DNA from: a virus
DNA: 64,000 nt
Virus record (IMG/VR): IMGVR_UViG_3300045747_000527
Coordinates: 127,221 to 191,220 of that record
Direction: 5' to 3' (one strand)
Part shown: positions 9,663 to 18,927 of the stretch, in pieces
Numbering within the stretch: the stretch's first letter is position 1
Layout of the letters: every line of letters starts with the position of its first letter
The notes under the pieces: model-generated
What the model saw: the letters and a program-made list of their open reading frames with translations, nothing else
Told to the model about the DNA's origin: nothing
Database searches by the model: none
Translations under genes and position numbers: made by a program

Positions 9663-10208
9663 CTAGCACGAGCCCTTCAGTAAGAGCTTCACTTCGTGAA
9701 ACGCTGCCCACCTGTCCTCAGTGCCGCAGACTAGAAAAGCCCGTGCAGGCATCTGGATATCTCGAACTACGCGCATCCCGAGAAAAGACTCAGTGTTGCC
9801 CCCTTGACGTGGCCAGCCCAGCCATTTCCAGAAATCGGACGCGTCGCCCAGCAGTAAGTAAGCGGGCACCCTCTGCCGACGCTCCAGGTACACCATCATC
9901 CAGGCCACGACAGCTATGGGCTCCACCCCGTCTAAGCCCTGTGACCTCGGATCGAACTCGCGCATGTCACTGCGGCGGACAATCTCGTACGGGGACAGAT
10001 CGCTAATGTCGGGGTCAGACCCTGGCTCGGTCTCCTCCTGAACGTCCAGCCGCTGGTAGACGATAGGCTTGTCCTTTTCCACGTGAATGCTGTGGATTGA
10101 CTTCTGGGCTAGAATGTCTCGGATAGCTCCCAGAATCTCATCCATGGAGACGGGCAGGGGCACCTGCTTGGTGACCAGTTTTTTACTGTCTTGTCCCAGG
10201 CCATCCAT
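9663..10208 (-). CDS. Hypothetical protein
   Basis: 181-aa ORF, coupled. Confidence 0.6.
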   Translation of the reverse strand: MDGLGQDSKKLVTKQVPLPVSMDEILGAIRDILAQKSIHSIHVEKDKPIVYQRLDVQEETEPGSDPDISDLSPYEIVRRSDMREFDPRSQGLDGVEPIAVVAWMMVYLERRQRVPAYLLLGDASDFWKWLGWPRQGGNTESFLGMRVVRDIQMPARAFLVCGTEDRWAAFHEVKLLLKGSC

Positions 10209-10393
10209 CAGAACTGCCCCACCAAATCTCCAGGCTGTTTCTTCTGCTCCGCCAAACGCAACTTCTGCAGCAACTCACACACGACATCCGTGAGGGTAGT
10301 CTCCTTACTCTGCGCATACCTCATGGCCCACTCCTTTAGATCTGCATCTATCTTGAGTTCAAGCCTGGCGCGTACAGTAATCCCCGAGGACAT
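10208..10393 (-). CDS. Ribbon-helix-helix-like DNA-binding protein
   Basis: RLELKIDADLKEWAMRYAQSKETTLTDVVCELL fits the RHH pattern. Confidence 0.6.
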   Translation of the reverse strand: MSSGITVRARLELKIDADLKEWAMRYAQSKETTLTDVVCELLQKLRLAEQKKQPGDLVGQF

Positions 10394-10395
10394 CG

Positions 10396-10650
10396 CTACT
10401 CCTGAACGTGCACTACGCCACTGAGGTACTGCCGTAGCCCCGGAAGACGGAATTTCTGGTCAAGCCACTCAAGGACGTACACGTGCATGGCATTCAGCGT
10501 TTCATCATCCGCGACAGCTTTACTGTACTTATTCGTCAGATCAAGCTCCAGCTGCTTCATCATTGGGATGTTCTGAGCGATGAACATGGGCAGCCACATC
10601 CAACGGACTTCAGCCGTAGCCGTAGCACGGTCAAAAGACACGAGTCTCAC
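10396..10650 (-). CDS. Hypothetical protein
   Basis: 84-aa ORF, coupled. Confidence 0.5.
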   Translation of the reverse strand: MRLVSFDRATATAEVRWMWLPMFIAQNIPMMKQLELDLTNKYSKAVADDETLNAMHVYVLEWLDQKFRLPGLRQYLSGVVHVQE

Positions 10651-10988
10651 TGACTGAACTCCGGCGGGTCTGACCGGTCGTACGCCAGCATGATGTCGGA
10701 CAACTGAAGGATGGCATGTCCTTCGGGAATGAACTTCTGGATACCTTGGGCCGTGCCTGTCTTGTCCGCTAGGAACTTGACGAACACCACACCCTCGCCG
10801 ACTTTGATGTCGAACGGCATGCGGGTACGCTGATCTTCTTGCAGGTACTTTCCCAGCCCAACGTCCACTACCTCACCCGTTCGAAGCACGTGCTCGTGTG
10901 CGCCGTCGGGCTTAAAGAGCGTGCCCGACAGAGTCTTGTTGGACTCGGAGTCTAGGCGCACGAGTACAGTGTTGCCAAGCAGCTGCAT
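10647..10988 (-). CDS. groS: GroES/Cpn10 co-chaperonin
   Basis: LLGNTVLVR...SGTLFKP...GEVVDVGLG...IKVGEGVVF. Confidence 0.8.
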   Translation of the reverse strand: MQLLGNTVLVRLDSESNKTLSGTLFKPDGAHEHVLRTGEVVDVGLGKYLQEDQRTRMPFDIKVGEGVVFVKFLADKTGTAQGIQKFIPEGHAILQLSDIMLAYDRSDPPEFSQ

Positions 10989-11311
10989 TAGATGCTTCCA
11001 GTAGGAACAGCTTCGCCCATGTCCGACGGGCCCGCCTCAACACCGCTGTTCTGGGACACAGGACTAGTTTTGTCGATCTCAGTGTCGATCAACTTGTTCA
11101 ACCAACCCGCCAGTGGGCGCATCTGCATCTCGGCGCCATCTGGCAGCAACCTGTAGAACTGCTTGGTGCCCTTGGCCCGGAAAACAACGTGGTTTGCCTT
11201 TATGCCGGCCGCGTCTACGACGTCTACGGCGACGTAGAGTTCTGCGGGCAGCAACATACCCAGGGTCTTCGATTTGGTCTCTTCTCTCTTCGGCGACTGC
11301 GATACTGGCAT
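10988..11311 (-). CDS. Hypothetical protein
   Basis: 107-aa ORF, coupled. Confidence 0.55.
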   Translation of the reverse strand: MPVSQSPKREETKSKTLGMLLPAELYVAVDVVDAAGIKANHVVFRAKGTKQFYRLLPDGAEMQMRPLAGWLNKLIDTEIDKTSPVSQNSGVEAGPSDMGEAVPTGSI

Positions 11312-11314
11312 TGA

Positions 11315-11641
11315 TCATCCCTCTCTTCCAATCACTACTTCTGTTGGTGCGAACTGCTTCTTCAGCTCGCTCAAATCCTGGCGATACTTCTGCGTTGTCT
11401 CTTGATCTAACAGATACGCGGAGTTCACACTCTCCAGCAAGTCTGCTTCAGCCCTTTGTTTCTTGAACCCCGCCAGGCACGCTGGGTGCCCCTGCAACAG
11501 CTGATGCAGATTCTCCAGCGCCGCCTCCAGGGGCACAGCTGACGTCTCCAGAAGGATTACCCGCTCTGGGTACGTCACCACTGCTGAGTCGTAGAGAGTC
11601 GTCTTTGGTATTCGTTTGAAACTCAAGATGAGGCAGTCCAT
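11315..11641 (-). CDS. Hypothetical protein
   Basis: AAGGAG RBS; overlaps the 3' end of 11448-12059. Confidence 0.5.
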   Translation of the reverse strand: MDCLILSFKRIPKTTLYDSAVVTYPERVILLETSAVPLEAALENLHQLLQGHPACLAGFKKQRAEADLLESVNSAYLLDQETTQKYRQDLSELKKQFAPTEVVIGREG

Positions 11642-12059
11642 CCGTTCTCCTTGTGACCTTGTAGACGATTGGGCCTTCAGCTCCGCCGGCCAAGTGCAGT
11701 GTCATCCTGTTACTGAAGGTCAACTCTTTCAGAATTGATCGTCTAGGGTGAGCCGACTCCGTCACCACGTAATCCACTATTGGAAAGGTGGCCAGCAGAC
11801 CAGCTACCACTCCTGGGGACGCGTCTGTCTCCTCCGGCAGGCCGAGACCCGCTAACGCTGCGATGAATTCTTGCACCCGCAAAGTGCCCTGTACCCGCAT
11901 TGGTGCCTCGATCAGAGACATACGACCACCACACCCGTCTGCAACGCACTTACGAACCAACTGCGGAAGTATGGTCAAGAGCTGCTGAAGCTCCGAGGGC
12001 GAACCGAGTACCTTGTACGTGCGGTCACACACCAAGCAGTTGTAATGTACGAAGTCCAT
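11448..12059 (-). CDS. Hypothetical Zn-finger protein
   Basis: CLVC and CVADGC. Confidence 0.55.
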   Translation of the reverse strand: MDFVHYNCLVCDRTYKVLGSPSELQQLLTILPQLVRKCVADGCGGRMSLIEAPMRVQGTLRVQEFIAALAGLGLPEETDASPGVVAGLLATFPIVDYVVTESAHPRRSILKELTFSNRMTLHLAGGAEGPIVYKVTRRTDGLPHLEFQTNTKDDSLRLSSGDVPRAGNPSGDVSCAPGGGAGESASAVAGAPSVPGGVQETKG

Positions 12060-12394
12060 CAGATCTGCTTTCCGTCCTCGTCGTCATCAGTCACGAAGCG
12101 AGGCACACGCGGCCCCGATGCAACGGAGCTGCCCCCGAAAGAAACCTCACCCGGATCGGACTCTGGCTCTACCTCTGGTTGCGGCATCGCACGTAATTCT
12201 GGCTTCATCTTAGGCGTGGGCATGGGCACGGCCCCATCCGAGAGTGCCATGATGGACAGTAACCTTTCGATCACTGATTCGGGCACCTCCACGCCGTACT
12301 CCCGCCCGGCATCGTCACGTACGCGCAATTCCTTGCGACTGGCGAGACCTTTCTCCAGCAGCACAAGCTCGCTGACTCCAATGATCTGAATCAC
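12059..12394 (-). CDS. Hypothetical protein
   Basis: GTG start overlapping upstream TGA (GTGA). Confidence 0.55.
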   Translation of the reverse strand: MIQIIGVSELVLLEKGLASRKELRVRDDAGREYGVEVPESVIERLLSIMALSDGAVPMPTPKMKPELRAMPQPEVEPESDPGEVSFGGSSVASGPRVPRFVTDDDEDGKQI

Positions 12395-12672
12395 AGCTTT
12401 CCCCCCATAGTAACAACCGGGGGTGCTGGTGCGGGGGCAGAAGTCATTGAGTTCGCTAGGCGCCCCACGGAGATACCAATTGCCCGCATGGTGTTGAGCA
12501 CAGTACACGGATTGATCGTGGATTCTGGCGTCAGACTTCTAGGGTCAAACGCTGGACAAGCCGCGTTGCACTCACGGGTCTCGTTGATCCAGCAGTACAG
12601 CTCACCTGCAGCGCCTGCCTCATGACCGTCTGGGCGCTCTATACTAGGACTGCCTGGAACCTGTGGTGCCAT
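12391..12672 (-). CDS. Hypothetical Cys-containing protein
   Basis: CWINETRECNAACPAF; AAGGAG RBS. Confidence 0.55.
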   Translation of the reverse strand: MAPQVPGSPSIERPDGHEAGAAGELYCWINETRECNAACPAFDPRSLTPESTINPCTVLNTMRAIGISVGRLANSMTSAPAPAPPVVTMGGKL

Positions 12673-13021
12673 CTGAGATCTCCTTTTGAATCGCGTCTAC
12701 CTCGCTCAGTACTGCGGTACTGGCCGCTGTAACCGCCGCGCGCACAAGGCGTCCGACAATCGCGCTGTCAGTGTCCCGCTGAATGAGCCCGGCTCTGAAC
12801 ATGGCCCGGCCGATTGGCAGAGATGCCTCTTGGGTCAGCTGAACCAGGAACTGCTGTGCTACCGCAACAGCTACATCCATAGCCCCCTGGGCGATCTGAG
12901 TCACCATCAGTTCCCGCTCTTTGCCGGCCCAGCCACAGCCGTCACACTTACAGGTGTCGCCCAGAGGGTTGACCCTGCTGACTTTTCCTGACCCGCACTG
13001 CGGGCATAGCTCAACCCTCAT
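12644..13021 (-). CDS. Hypothetical Zn-ribbon protein
   Basis: CPQC...CDGC. Confidence 0.55.
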   Translation of the reverse strand: MRVELCPQCGSGKVSRVNPLGDTCKCDGCGWAGKERELMVTQIAQGAMDVAVAVAQQFLVQLTQEASLPIGRAMFRAGLIQRDTDSAIVGRLVRAAVTAASTAVLSEVDAIQKEISDGTTGSRQS

Positions 13022-13400
13022 TGTGTCGTGCTCTCCTTCGTTTGCTACGCATTCCCTGCGCGGAAGTGAGTGGTGCCATGGGCCGAACCGTGACCGGACC
13101 TCGCGCAACCTCTTTACGGAGGTAATCCAACGCGGCTTGATCTTGGGACTGCATCTGCTCTCTCTGGTATGGGAACATGGCGTATCGGTATTCTGTCCAA
13201 CTTGCTGTGAGTGCCTTGTCTGCGTCGGTGCGGTCTGGCTGTGCGGTGATGATAAGCGTATTCGCCAGAACCCGTGTTTCTTGAAACTTGATCTCCTGCT
13301 TCATTCGCCAGACCAGCAACATCAGCGACTCCATCGGAGTTCCTGGAGACGGTGGGCCGACCATTTTGTCGTAGGCGAGATTCGCCCTAGCCCACCCCAA
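13011..13400 (-). CDS. -1 frame extension of upstream gene (tail assembly chaperone GT-like part)
   Basis: Frame is open back through the slippery heptamer 13415-13421; only a TTG start of its own. Confidence 0.6.
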   Translation of the reverse strand: MGWARANLAYDKMVGPPSPGTPMESLMLLVWRMKQEIKFQETRVLANTLIITAQPDRTDADKALTASWTEYRYAMFPYQREQMQSQDQAALDYLRKEVARGPVTVRPMAPLTSAQGMRSKRRRARHNEG

Positions 13401-13408
13401 CGGAGTCG

Positions 13409-14335
13409 CTAGAAGTTTTTTAGTGCTGCAGTCTGATCACTGAAAAGAGCCTGCACCCGCTTGTCAAACCAGAAGAACTGAAGCCCAATATCCGCGAGCA
13501 GTGACATCGGGTACCGCAGAAGAATCTTGAACTTCCGCAGGAACAATTCTTTGTCGAACTCCTTGTCCTTGTTCAGGTGCGTGGGCAGCTCCACGTCATT
13601 GATCGATACGAGCCCAAGAGTCACGCCCATGAGGCTGAACTTGTCCATCAGGTAGCGATCTGTGCCAGACTCGTCGCCCATCAAGTGCTTCACGGCCAGG
13701 TCTTCCTCGCCGTTGACGGACCTCACTACGAGGGTCAGCTTGTCCGGGATAACCGGGATAGTCTGCCGAACCTCTCCATGCACCAGGATATCCGCGATAT
13801 CCAACGGCACAAGTCGGGACTCGATTGCTTTCCGCCGGGTAGGATTGTTCAACACTGACCACTGGGTGTCGTCACCGAACAAGGTCCGCAGTTCGTCGAT
13901 ATTTGAGTCCGACGATTTGGCTGGGTCTGGGGCACCGGCAGACGCCTCCATTGCCGCACGAGCTTGATTCTCTTCGGCCTCAGCCCGGAACTTCGTGATG
14001 GCACTCAGGCCTTCGACGGTCTCCTGTGATAGCTGAGGACGGTACGTACCTGGCTCCGCTGGAGCAACCGGAGGGGCGTGAGGGCGCACCGGGCGTGGTG
14101 CTGGCTGCATAGGTGCCAAGCTAGGGTCGTAGCTGGGGCTCAGTGGGGAAGTGGGGTCCCCCAGAATGCGTGCCTGCTGGGACATGCTGCCTCCGCCCTC
14201 CAAAGGTTCGGCGTCCAATGGGGGCACGCGCACAGGAGGGGCGCCTCCTACTGGCCTACCCTTCGCCTTGACTGACGCCAGAACCGCACTCGGAGGGGGA
14301 GTGAATTGTGTGGTTGATCGTTTATCCATTGTCAA
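13409..14335 (-). CDS. Putative tail assembly chaperone (G-like) with Pro-rich N-terminus
   Basis: Ends CTA AAA AAC TTC TAG (in-frame A AAA AAC); function inferred from the frameshift architecture. Confidence 0.6.
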   Translation of the reverse strand: MTMDKRSTTQFTPPPSAVLASVKAKGRPVGGAPPVRVPPLDAEPLEGGGSMSQQARILGDPTSPLSPSYDPSLAPMQPAPRPVRPHAPPVAPAEPGTYRPQLSQETVEGLSAITKFRAEAEENQARAAMEASAGAPDPAKSSDSNIDELRTLFGDDTQWSVLNNPTRRKAIESRLVPLDIADILVHGEVRQTIPVIPDKLTLVVRSVNGEEDLAVKHLMGDESGTDRYLMDKFSLMGVTLGLVSINDVELPTHLNKDKEFDKELFLRKFKILLRYPMSLLADIGLQFFWFDKRVQALFSDQTAALKNF

Positions 14336-14613
14336 AATACCTTTGGGAAGCGTGGAATTGGAGCCTTCGCGGAAGGCAATCGGGCGTCGCCACGAACAAG
14401 AAAAGCGTCCAGAATCTCGTACATAGTGGTTCTGAACACGGCACGATCAATGGACACGTTCAACCCGCGGCTCAGCAGTTGGATGTGCAAGTCATCCAGT
14501 CGGTACTTGAGCCCACGTAGATTCCACAGCTCCTCTAGCTGCTCCTCTCCTAGGAACTGCTTAGGTTCCGGGAGGACTTGATCTGCTTCTACTGGCTGTA
14601 CTGGTTCTCGCAT
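14332..14613 (-). CDS. Hypothetical protein
   Basis: 93-aa ORF, coupled. Confidence 0.55.
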   Translation of the reverse strand: MREPVQPVEADQVLPEPKQFLGEEQLEELWNLRGLKYRLDDLHIQLLSRGLNVSIDRAVFRTTMYEILDAFLVRGDARLPSAKAPIPRFPKVF

Positions 14614-14690
14614 CTGTGTATGCCCTAGAGAAAAAGATCAAATCCCTTTCTCTAAATCGTACGTACAGCATACGTACGCTCAGACGCGAG

Positions 14691-15101
14691 TCAAGCAATT
14701 TTCTTTTCGCGGGTGTCCAGCTGCTGGGTAAACCGCTTGTAAATACCTGGAATCGCTGCCGTCCAAGTTGCCTCGGGGACGGGCTGATTCAGCCGCGCCA
14801 GCAGTACGGCGCTGGTGGACGTCTTGCCTTTCAGTGCTTCGCTGCGGCCGTGTATATACCGAAGGGGTCCAATCAAGGTACCGCCGCTTCCCTCGGGCAA
14901 AAGGAGGTCTGCTTCGTCAAGCCACGTTTTGAGGGGCACACCAGTTAGGTGCCTAAACACGATCTTAGGGGCTAGCCTGATCTGACTGAAATAGTACAGC
15001 GTCAGCACTACATCAGGCAGCCCCACCACATCGCTCATCGTCATTTCCGCGGTTAAGTCACCTGCGGCAACTGCCTCATCGTTGCAGACGATGGTAATCA
15101 T
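14691..15101 (-). CDS. Hypothetical protein
   Basis: TAATG coupling at 15101. Confidence 0.5.
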   Translation of the reverse strand: MITIVCNDEAVAAGDLTAEMTMSDVVGLPDVVLTLYYFSQIRLAPKIVFRHLTGVPLKTWLDEADLLLPEGSGGTLIGPLRYIHGRSEALKGKTSTSAVLLARLNQPVPEATWTAAIPGIYKRFTQQLDTREKKIA

Positions 15102-15334
15102 TACGACGGTACCTGCGTCCAGCCGGTCGGAGGAGTCGGAGCGATCTGTGGCATCTCGATGACCACCATGGTGTTCGTCCGGCGGCACCTACCACAGAAC
15201 CCGTAATCTCCGCCTCCTGGGAACTGTTGCAGAATATCGCCCACCTCGTACGCCCGCCATTCCGCGCAGTCCTGAAAGCCGCAGTGGTTACACTTAATCT
15301 TTACGGGTTTGTTGTTCTTTGGCACCGTTCGCAT
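15101..15334 (-). CDS. Zn-ribbon protein
   Basis: CNHC...CGRC; GGAG RBS. Confidence 0.6.
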   Translation of the reverse strand: MRTVPKNNKPVKIKCNHCGFQDCAEWRAYEVGDILQQFPGGGDYGFCGRCRRTNTMVVIEMPQIAPTPPTGWTQVPS

Positions 15335-15617
15335 GAAGTACTCCTACCATATTCATCGCAGCCTGCAGCTCACCCATGGGCATGCCGTCTTTAGGTAACG
15401 TAGGAAGGTGCGCCTGCTTCTTAACGAGCGAGACTCGCAGAGACTCCCGGTACAGGTCCAGCACAGCGCTGACCAATCGGGCTGCCTTGTCGTACGCGTT
15501 CGTTACGATCTTGTGGCAATCCGCGCAGCAAATCACCTTTTGAAAGGCAAAGATGTCTCCCTGGGACATCAGAGCCTTACCGCAGTTCGTACAGGTCAGC
15601 TTCATAGGTTCCTCCAT
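15294..15617 (-). CDS. Zn-finger protein
   Basis: CTNC...CADC. Confidence 0.55.
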   Translation of the reverse strand: MEEPMKLTCTNCGKALMSQGDIFAFQKVICCADCHKIVTNAYDKAARLVSAVLDLYRESLRVSLVKKQAHLPTLPKDGMPMGELQAAMNMVGVLHANGAKEQQTRKD

Positions 15618-16252
15618 CTTAGCTCAAAACCGCGGTGTGCTGCCAAGGTCTCTACGTATTTCCGTCGGTGTACTCCTGGAACCGCACCATGCTCCTCGAT
15701 AGCCACTGAGTGAGCCTCTGTCCCATACCCGTGGTGCCCCTTGGGTCCGCCGAACCCGTACTCTGGGTACTTGCTATGCAGAAGTTCCATGTGCTCAAGC
15801 TGCTCGCACTTCGCCATCACCGATGCTGCAGACACAGCTGGCACCTTGCTGTCAGCCTTTACGATATACTCAGCGGTGAACGGACGTCCTAGCCACTCAC
15901 GCATATCTGCCAGTGCTGAGATTTTTCTGTTCCCGTCCACCACTACCCTGTCCACCATCTGTCTCCGCAATCCCAGGCACGCTACGCGCATCATGCCCTC
16001 CTGCCACACCTGACCCACTCCATATTGATCTATCTCCTCTACGGAGAAATATGCGGTAGCCCAAAAAGTAGCAGACGCCATTACCGAGACGGCTGCAGCG
16101 TACTTCTGTTCATCAGTCAACTTCTTAGAGTCTCGGACGCCATCGAGCCGAACACCTTCGGGCAAAATCGCGATACCAAACAGAGCAGGCCCAGCCAGTG
16201 GACCCATCCCTGCTTCGTCTAGACCAGCCACCAATTTGATCTTTTCAGTCAT
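15602..16252 (-). CDS. rnhB: Ribonuclease HII
   Basis: GLDEAGMGPLAGP, DSKKL, VDG, KADS.V..VSAAS.MAK, YPEYGF..H.GYGT..H. Confidence 0.92.
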   Translation of the reverse strand: MTEKIKLVAGLDEAGMGPLAGPALFGIAILPEGVRLDGVRDSKKLTDEQKYAAAVSVMASATFWATAYFSVEEIDQYGVGQVWQEGMMRVACLGLRRQMVDRVVVDGNRKISALADMREWLGRPFTAEYIVKADSKVPAVSAASVMAKCEQLEHMELLHSKYPEYGFGGPKGHHGYGTEAHSVAIEEHGAVPGVHRRKYVETLAAHRGFELRWRNL

Positions 16253-16337
16253 GCAAAATCCTCTCAATTGCAGGGTATAAGTCTTTTGATCAGGTCCACT
16301 ACATTTCACTCAGGGACCAAAACAAACAAGGAGCACC

Positions 16338-16820
16338 ATGCCGCCCAAAATCAGCGCACACACAGGAATCGTCGTAGGGTACACCACACGCATTTTCTCG
16401 GCAGAGAACATGGCAGTGAACCCTCTTGAAACGCGCGTACTGAAGGCACACGTAGGAGGCTACGTCCAGGTTTGGCTGAACGGAAGCCTTGCGTTCGCCA
16501 AGTGCCACCCAAAGATCGCTCACGTGGCCCTGCCAGATCAGCGCAGGCCTACGCTGGACGAGGTGATGCACGTCATGCGCGCGATACAGAATGAGTACCC
16601 AGAGGGCTCCCGAGTCGAGCTGTCCAGGCAAAGCAGCAGGGCAAGAGACGGCCGCTACGAAGTCAGGGGTGTGATGGAGGTTAACCACACGCCCCAGGCA
16701 ACTGAGGCTCAGACGCAGACACAGCAAACCGCCGTATCTACGTCTGAGCTATCGGACGGAAGTCCCTGGGCTGGGGAAGACCACGAAGCCGTTGCTTCAG
16801 CAGAGCAGCACATCGACTAG
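16338..16820 (+). CDS. Hypothetical protein
   Basis: AAGGAG RBS, promoter motif at 16274, terminator after. Confidence 0.65.
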   Translation: MPPKISAHTGIVVGYTTRIFSAENMAVNPLETRVLKAHVGGYVQVWLNGSLAFAKCHPKIAHVALPDQRRPTLDEVMHVMRAIQNEYPEGSRVELSRQSSRARDGRYEVRGVMEVNHTPQATEAQTQTQQTAVSTSELSDGSPWAGEDHEAVASAEQHID

Positions 16821-16823
16821 GTT

Positions 16824-16854
16824 AAGAAAGGGCGGCGCACACCGCCCTTTCTTT
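16824..16854. terminator. Bidirectional terminator
   Basis: AAGAAAGGGCGG-CGCACA-CCGCCCTTTCTT between convergent genes. Confidence 0.75.
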
Positions 16855-16857
16855 CGC

Positions 16858-17628
16858 CTATCTAGCCGCTAGGGTTACCGGAGGTCCGGTGAATACCACG
16901 CTGCTGCCTCGGCAGGCCATGCTCTTACATGCCCAGATCTTAGACACCAGGTCTCTGTGCCGAGGTCCCACTGGCGTACTGATAGTCACTCGCTTCTGCC
17001 CGGCGAGTTGAATGAAACGCAGGTTCTCCAGTTCAGTGGACTGCACACCCTGGGCATCTGCCAGCGCCTTCCACAACACCGCCACCCTTTGCGGGTAAGA
17101 CCGGGGGATACCTGTGCGGAGCACCTTACCTCCCCAATTATAGTGAGCAAACCACGGGTGGTCTCTGTGCTGACAAGGGTAGCTCCGCACAGTACTGAGC
17201 TTCCGCACGGCTAGCTGAACGTTGGTCTCCGGCTTCAGCAGATCTTGGTATGTGAGCCTACCTCGGTAATTCACACACGACCTACCATCCTTGTCCACGA
17301 TACAGCGCAGCCCCATAAGACCCCCGTCCCAGGCAGCCAGTGTTCCGTTCTTGTACGTGAGTCGCTGTGCGGACTCGTTCATGTCGGACTCGTTGATCAT
17401 CAAAGACAAGATCAAGTTCCTGGAGATTCCAGTTTCTCGTTCCGCAGAGATGATGGCATTTCCTACGCGCGCGCACATCGCCTCATTCCATTTTGGGGTC
17501 TTCCACCGGATGGACTCTTTTAGCTCACACAGACTTTGAACAAAGCACTGATCTACCTTGTTCTCGGGCAGTGTGGCATTGGGCCTCGGCACTAAAGACA
17601 GTACCAAAGCGAGTAGTAAGCTGCTCAT
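16858..17628 (-). CDS. Secreted lytic transglycosylase (SLT)-like protein
   Basis: Signal-like N-terminus; LMINES catalytic Glu, GGLMGL, KPETNVQLA, AHYNWG. Confidence 0.65.
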   Translation of the reverse strand: MSSLLLALVLSLVPRPNATLPENKVDQCFVQSLCELKESIRWKTPKWNEAMCARVGNAIISAERETGISRNLILSLMINESDMNESAQRLTYKNGTLAAWDGGLMGLRCIVDKDGRSCVNYRGRLTYQDLLKPETNVQLAVRKLSTVRSYPCQHRDHPWFAHYNWGGKVLRTGIPRSYPQRVAVLWKALADAQGVQSTELENLRFIQLAGQKRVTISTPVGPRHRDLVSKIWACKSMACRGSSVVFTGPPVTLAAR

Positions 17629-17641
17629 CTTGCGCTCCTTG

Positions 17642-18448
17642 TTAGCGTTTCTGTTTGACTCTTTCCTCGATCTGATTCCGCAGGTTCTCTGCGACATGGG
17701 GGTCCAGCTCGTCCAAGGAGCGTTCAAAGATTGGCGCTTCTCGGCGGACCGGCACGTGCTGAAGTAGTCGTACCCAGCACAGCATCTGTTCTGTGATCTT
17801 CGTTGCCTCTTGTTCTCCGTTAATGACAATCCACAATGGCTTCGTGTAGAAAATACCACGACCATCCGCTGGAAAGCTGTGATTTTGTTCCAGCCACCAG
17901 AGATCTAAGTACCGCTGCCGAACTCGGGCCAGCTTTGGCTTATCCCGCTCATACCGATCTCTCGCCTCCGGACGCCGGCGCGTTGCCTCCTCTACAGAGA
18001 CATCAATGAAGAAGTAGACGTCAGCCGCGGGCAAAGAAGAGCTGACGTTCTTCAATATGTCCTCATTGAAGCCGTCCTCCGCCCCGTAGCAAACATTAGA
18101 CGGCCAGTACCTGTCCAGAATCACGATCATCTCCAGCTCATGAAGACGTCGAATTTCGGCAGCTCCTTCGTATTGGTCGAGAGTAAACAGGCCGCGCAGG
18201 GCAGTCGTGTCGTCCCGCAGGCAGTACGCATACTCGGATACCGAGCCACCATCCACGTCTGGGACCCGGCTGTACATGACCGACTCCTTCTTCAAACAGC
18301 GCAGAATGATGTCTCCAAAAGGACCGTCGTACCTTGGGAAAGACATAACCACCGACTCCCCGGTCTCCGGAGTATTCAGTGCCTCGGCTAGTTTCAAACT
18401 CTGGGTCTTCTTGCCCGCGGCATCGGGGCCCTCGATTACAATGATCAT
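17642..18448 (-). CDS. tmk: Thymidylate (dTMP) kinase
   Basis: IVIEGPDAAGKKTQ P-loop, FPRY, ILDRY. Confidence 0.88.
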   Translation of the reverse strand: MIIVIEGPDAAGKKTQSLKLAEALNTPETGESVVMSFPRYDGPFGDIILRCLKKESVMYSRVPDVDGGSVSEYAYCLRDDTTALRGLFTLDQYEGAAEIRRLHELEMIVILDRYWPSNVCYGAEDGFNEDILKNVSSSLPAADVYFFIDVSVEEATRRRPEARDRYERDKPKLARVRQRYLDLWWLEQNHSFPADGRGIFYTKPLWIVINGEQEATKITEQMLCWVRLLQHVPVRREAPIFERSLDELDPHVAENLRNQIEERVKQKR

Positions 18449-18450
18449 AT

Positions 18451-18927
18451 CTATCCCTCCGGTAATATCCAGCTGCTCACGTCGGTGTTGAACATTTTGA
18501 CGGCCCTCTGCAGTTCCGCCAATTCCGCTTTCTCCAGGTAAGACACGTACCGTTGGTGGTTTGCAGTTACCCTTTCTACGAAAATGGCGTGTTCCTTCTC
18601 TAGCGCAGCCATTCTAGCGGCATTATCGTTTTCGATCCGCTCAAGCTCCTTATCTGTCACCTCCCCCACGGCAATGATGTCGAAGTCTAGCCGCGTTCGT
18701 AACTCACGGATACGCGCCTCGATACTCCGGCTCATGGTTTCGATATTGCCTGTTTTGGCCGTTACTGCCGCGTCTCTGCGTTCGTTCATAACCGCTGCTG
18801 CTTTGCGAGACTGCGCGTCTCTGCGGAGCAGCGCCAAATCTAGCGACGCCCTGGTTAGGGCGTCCACTTTGCCAACCAGTGTGGTAAGGAGATCTTCACG
18901 TTGTTGCATCGGGCTCTTCTCCGTCAT
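18451..18927 (-). CDS. Hypothetical coiled-coil protein
   Basis: GGAGG RBS. Confidence 0.55.
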   Translation of the reverse strand: MTEKSPMQQREDLLTTLVGKVDALTRASLDLALLRRDAQSRKAAAVMNERRDAAVTAKTGNIETMSRSIEARIRELRTRLDFDIIAVGEVTDKELERIENDNAARMAALEKEHAIFVERVTANHQRYVSYLEKAELAELQRAVKMFNTDVSSWILPEG

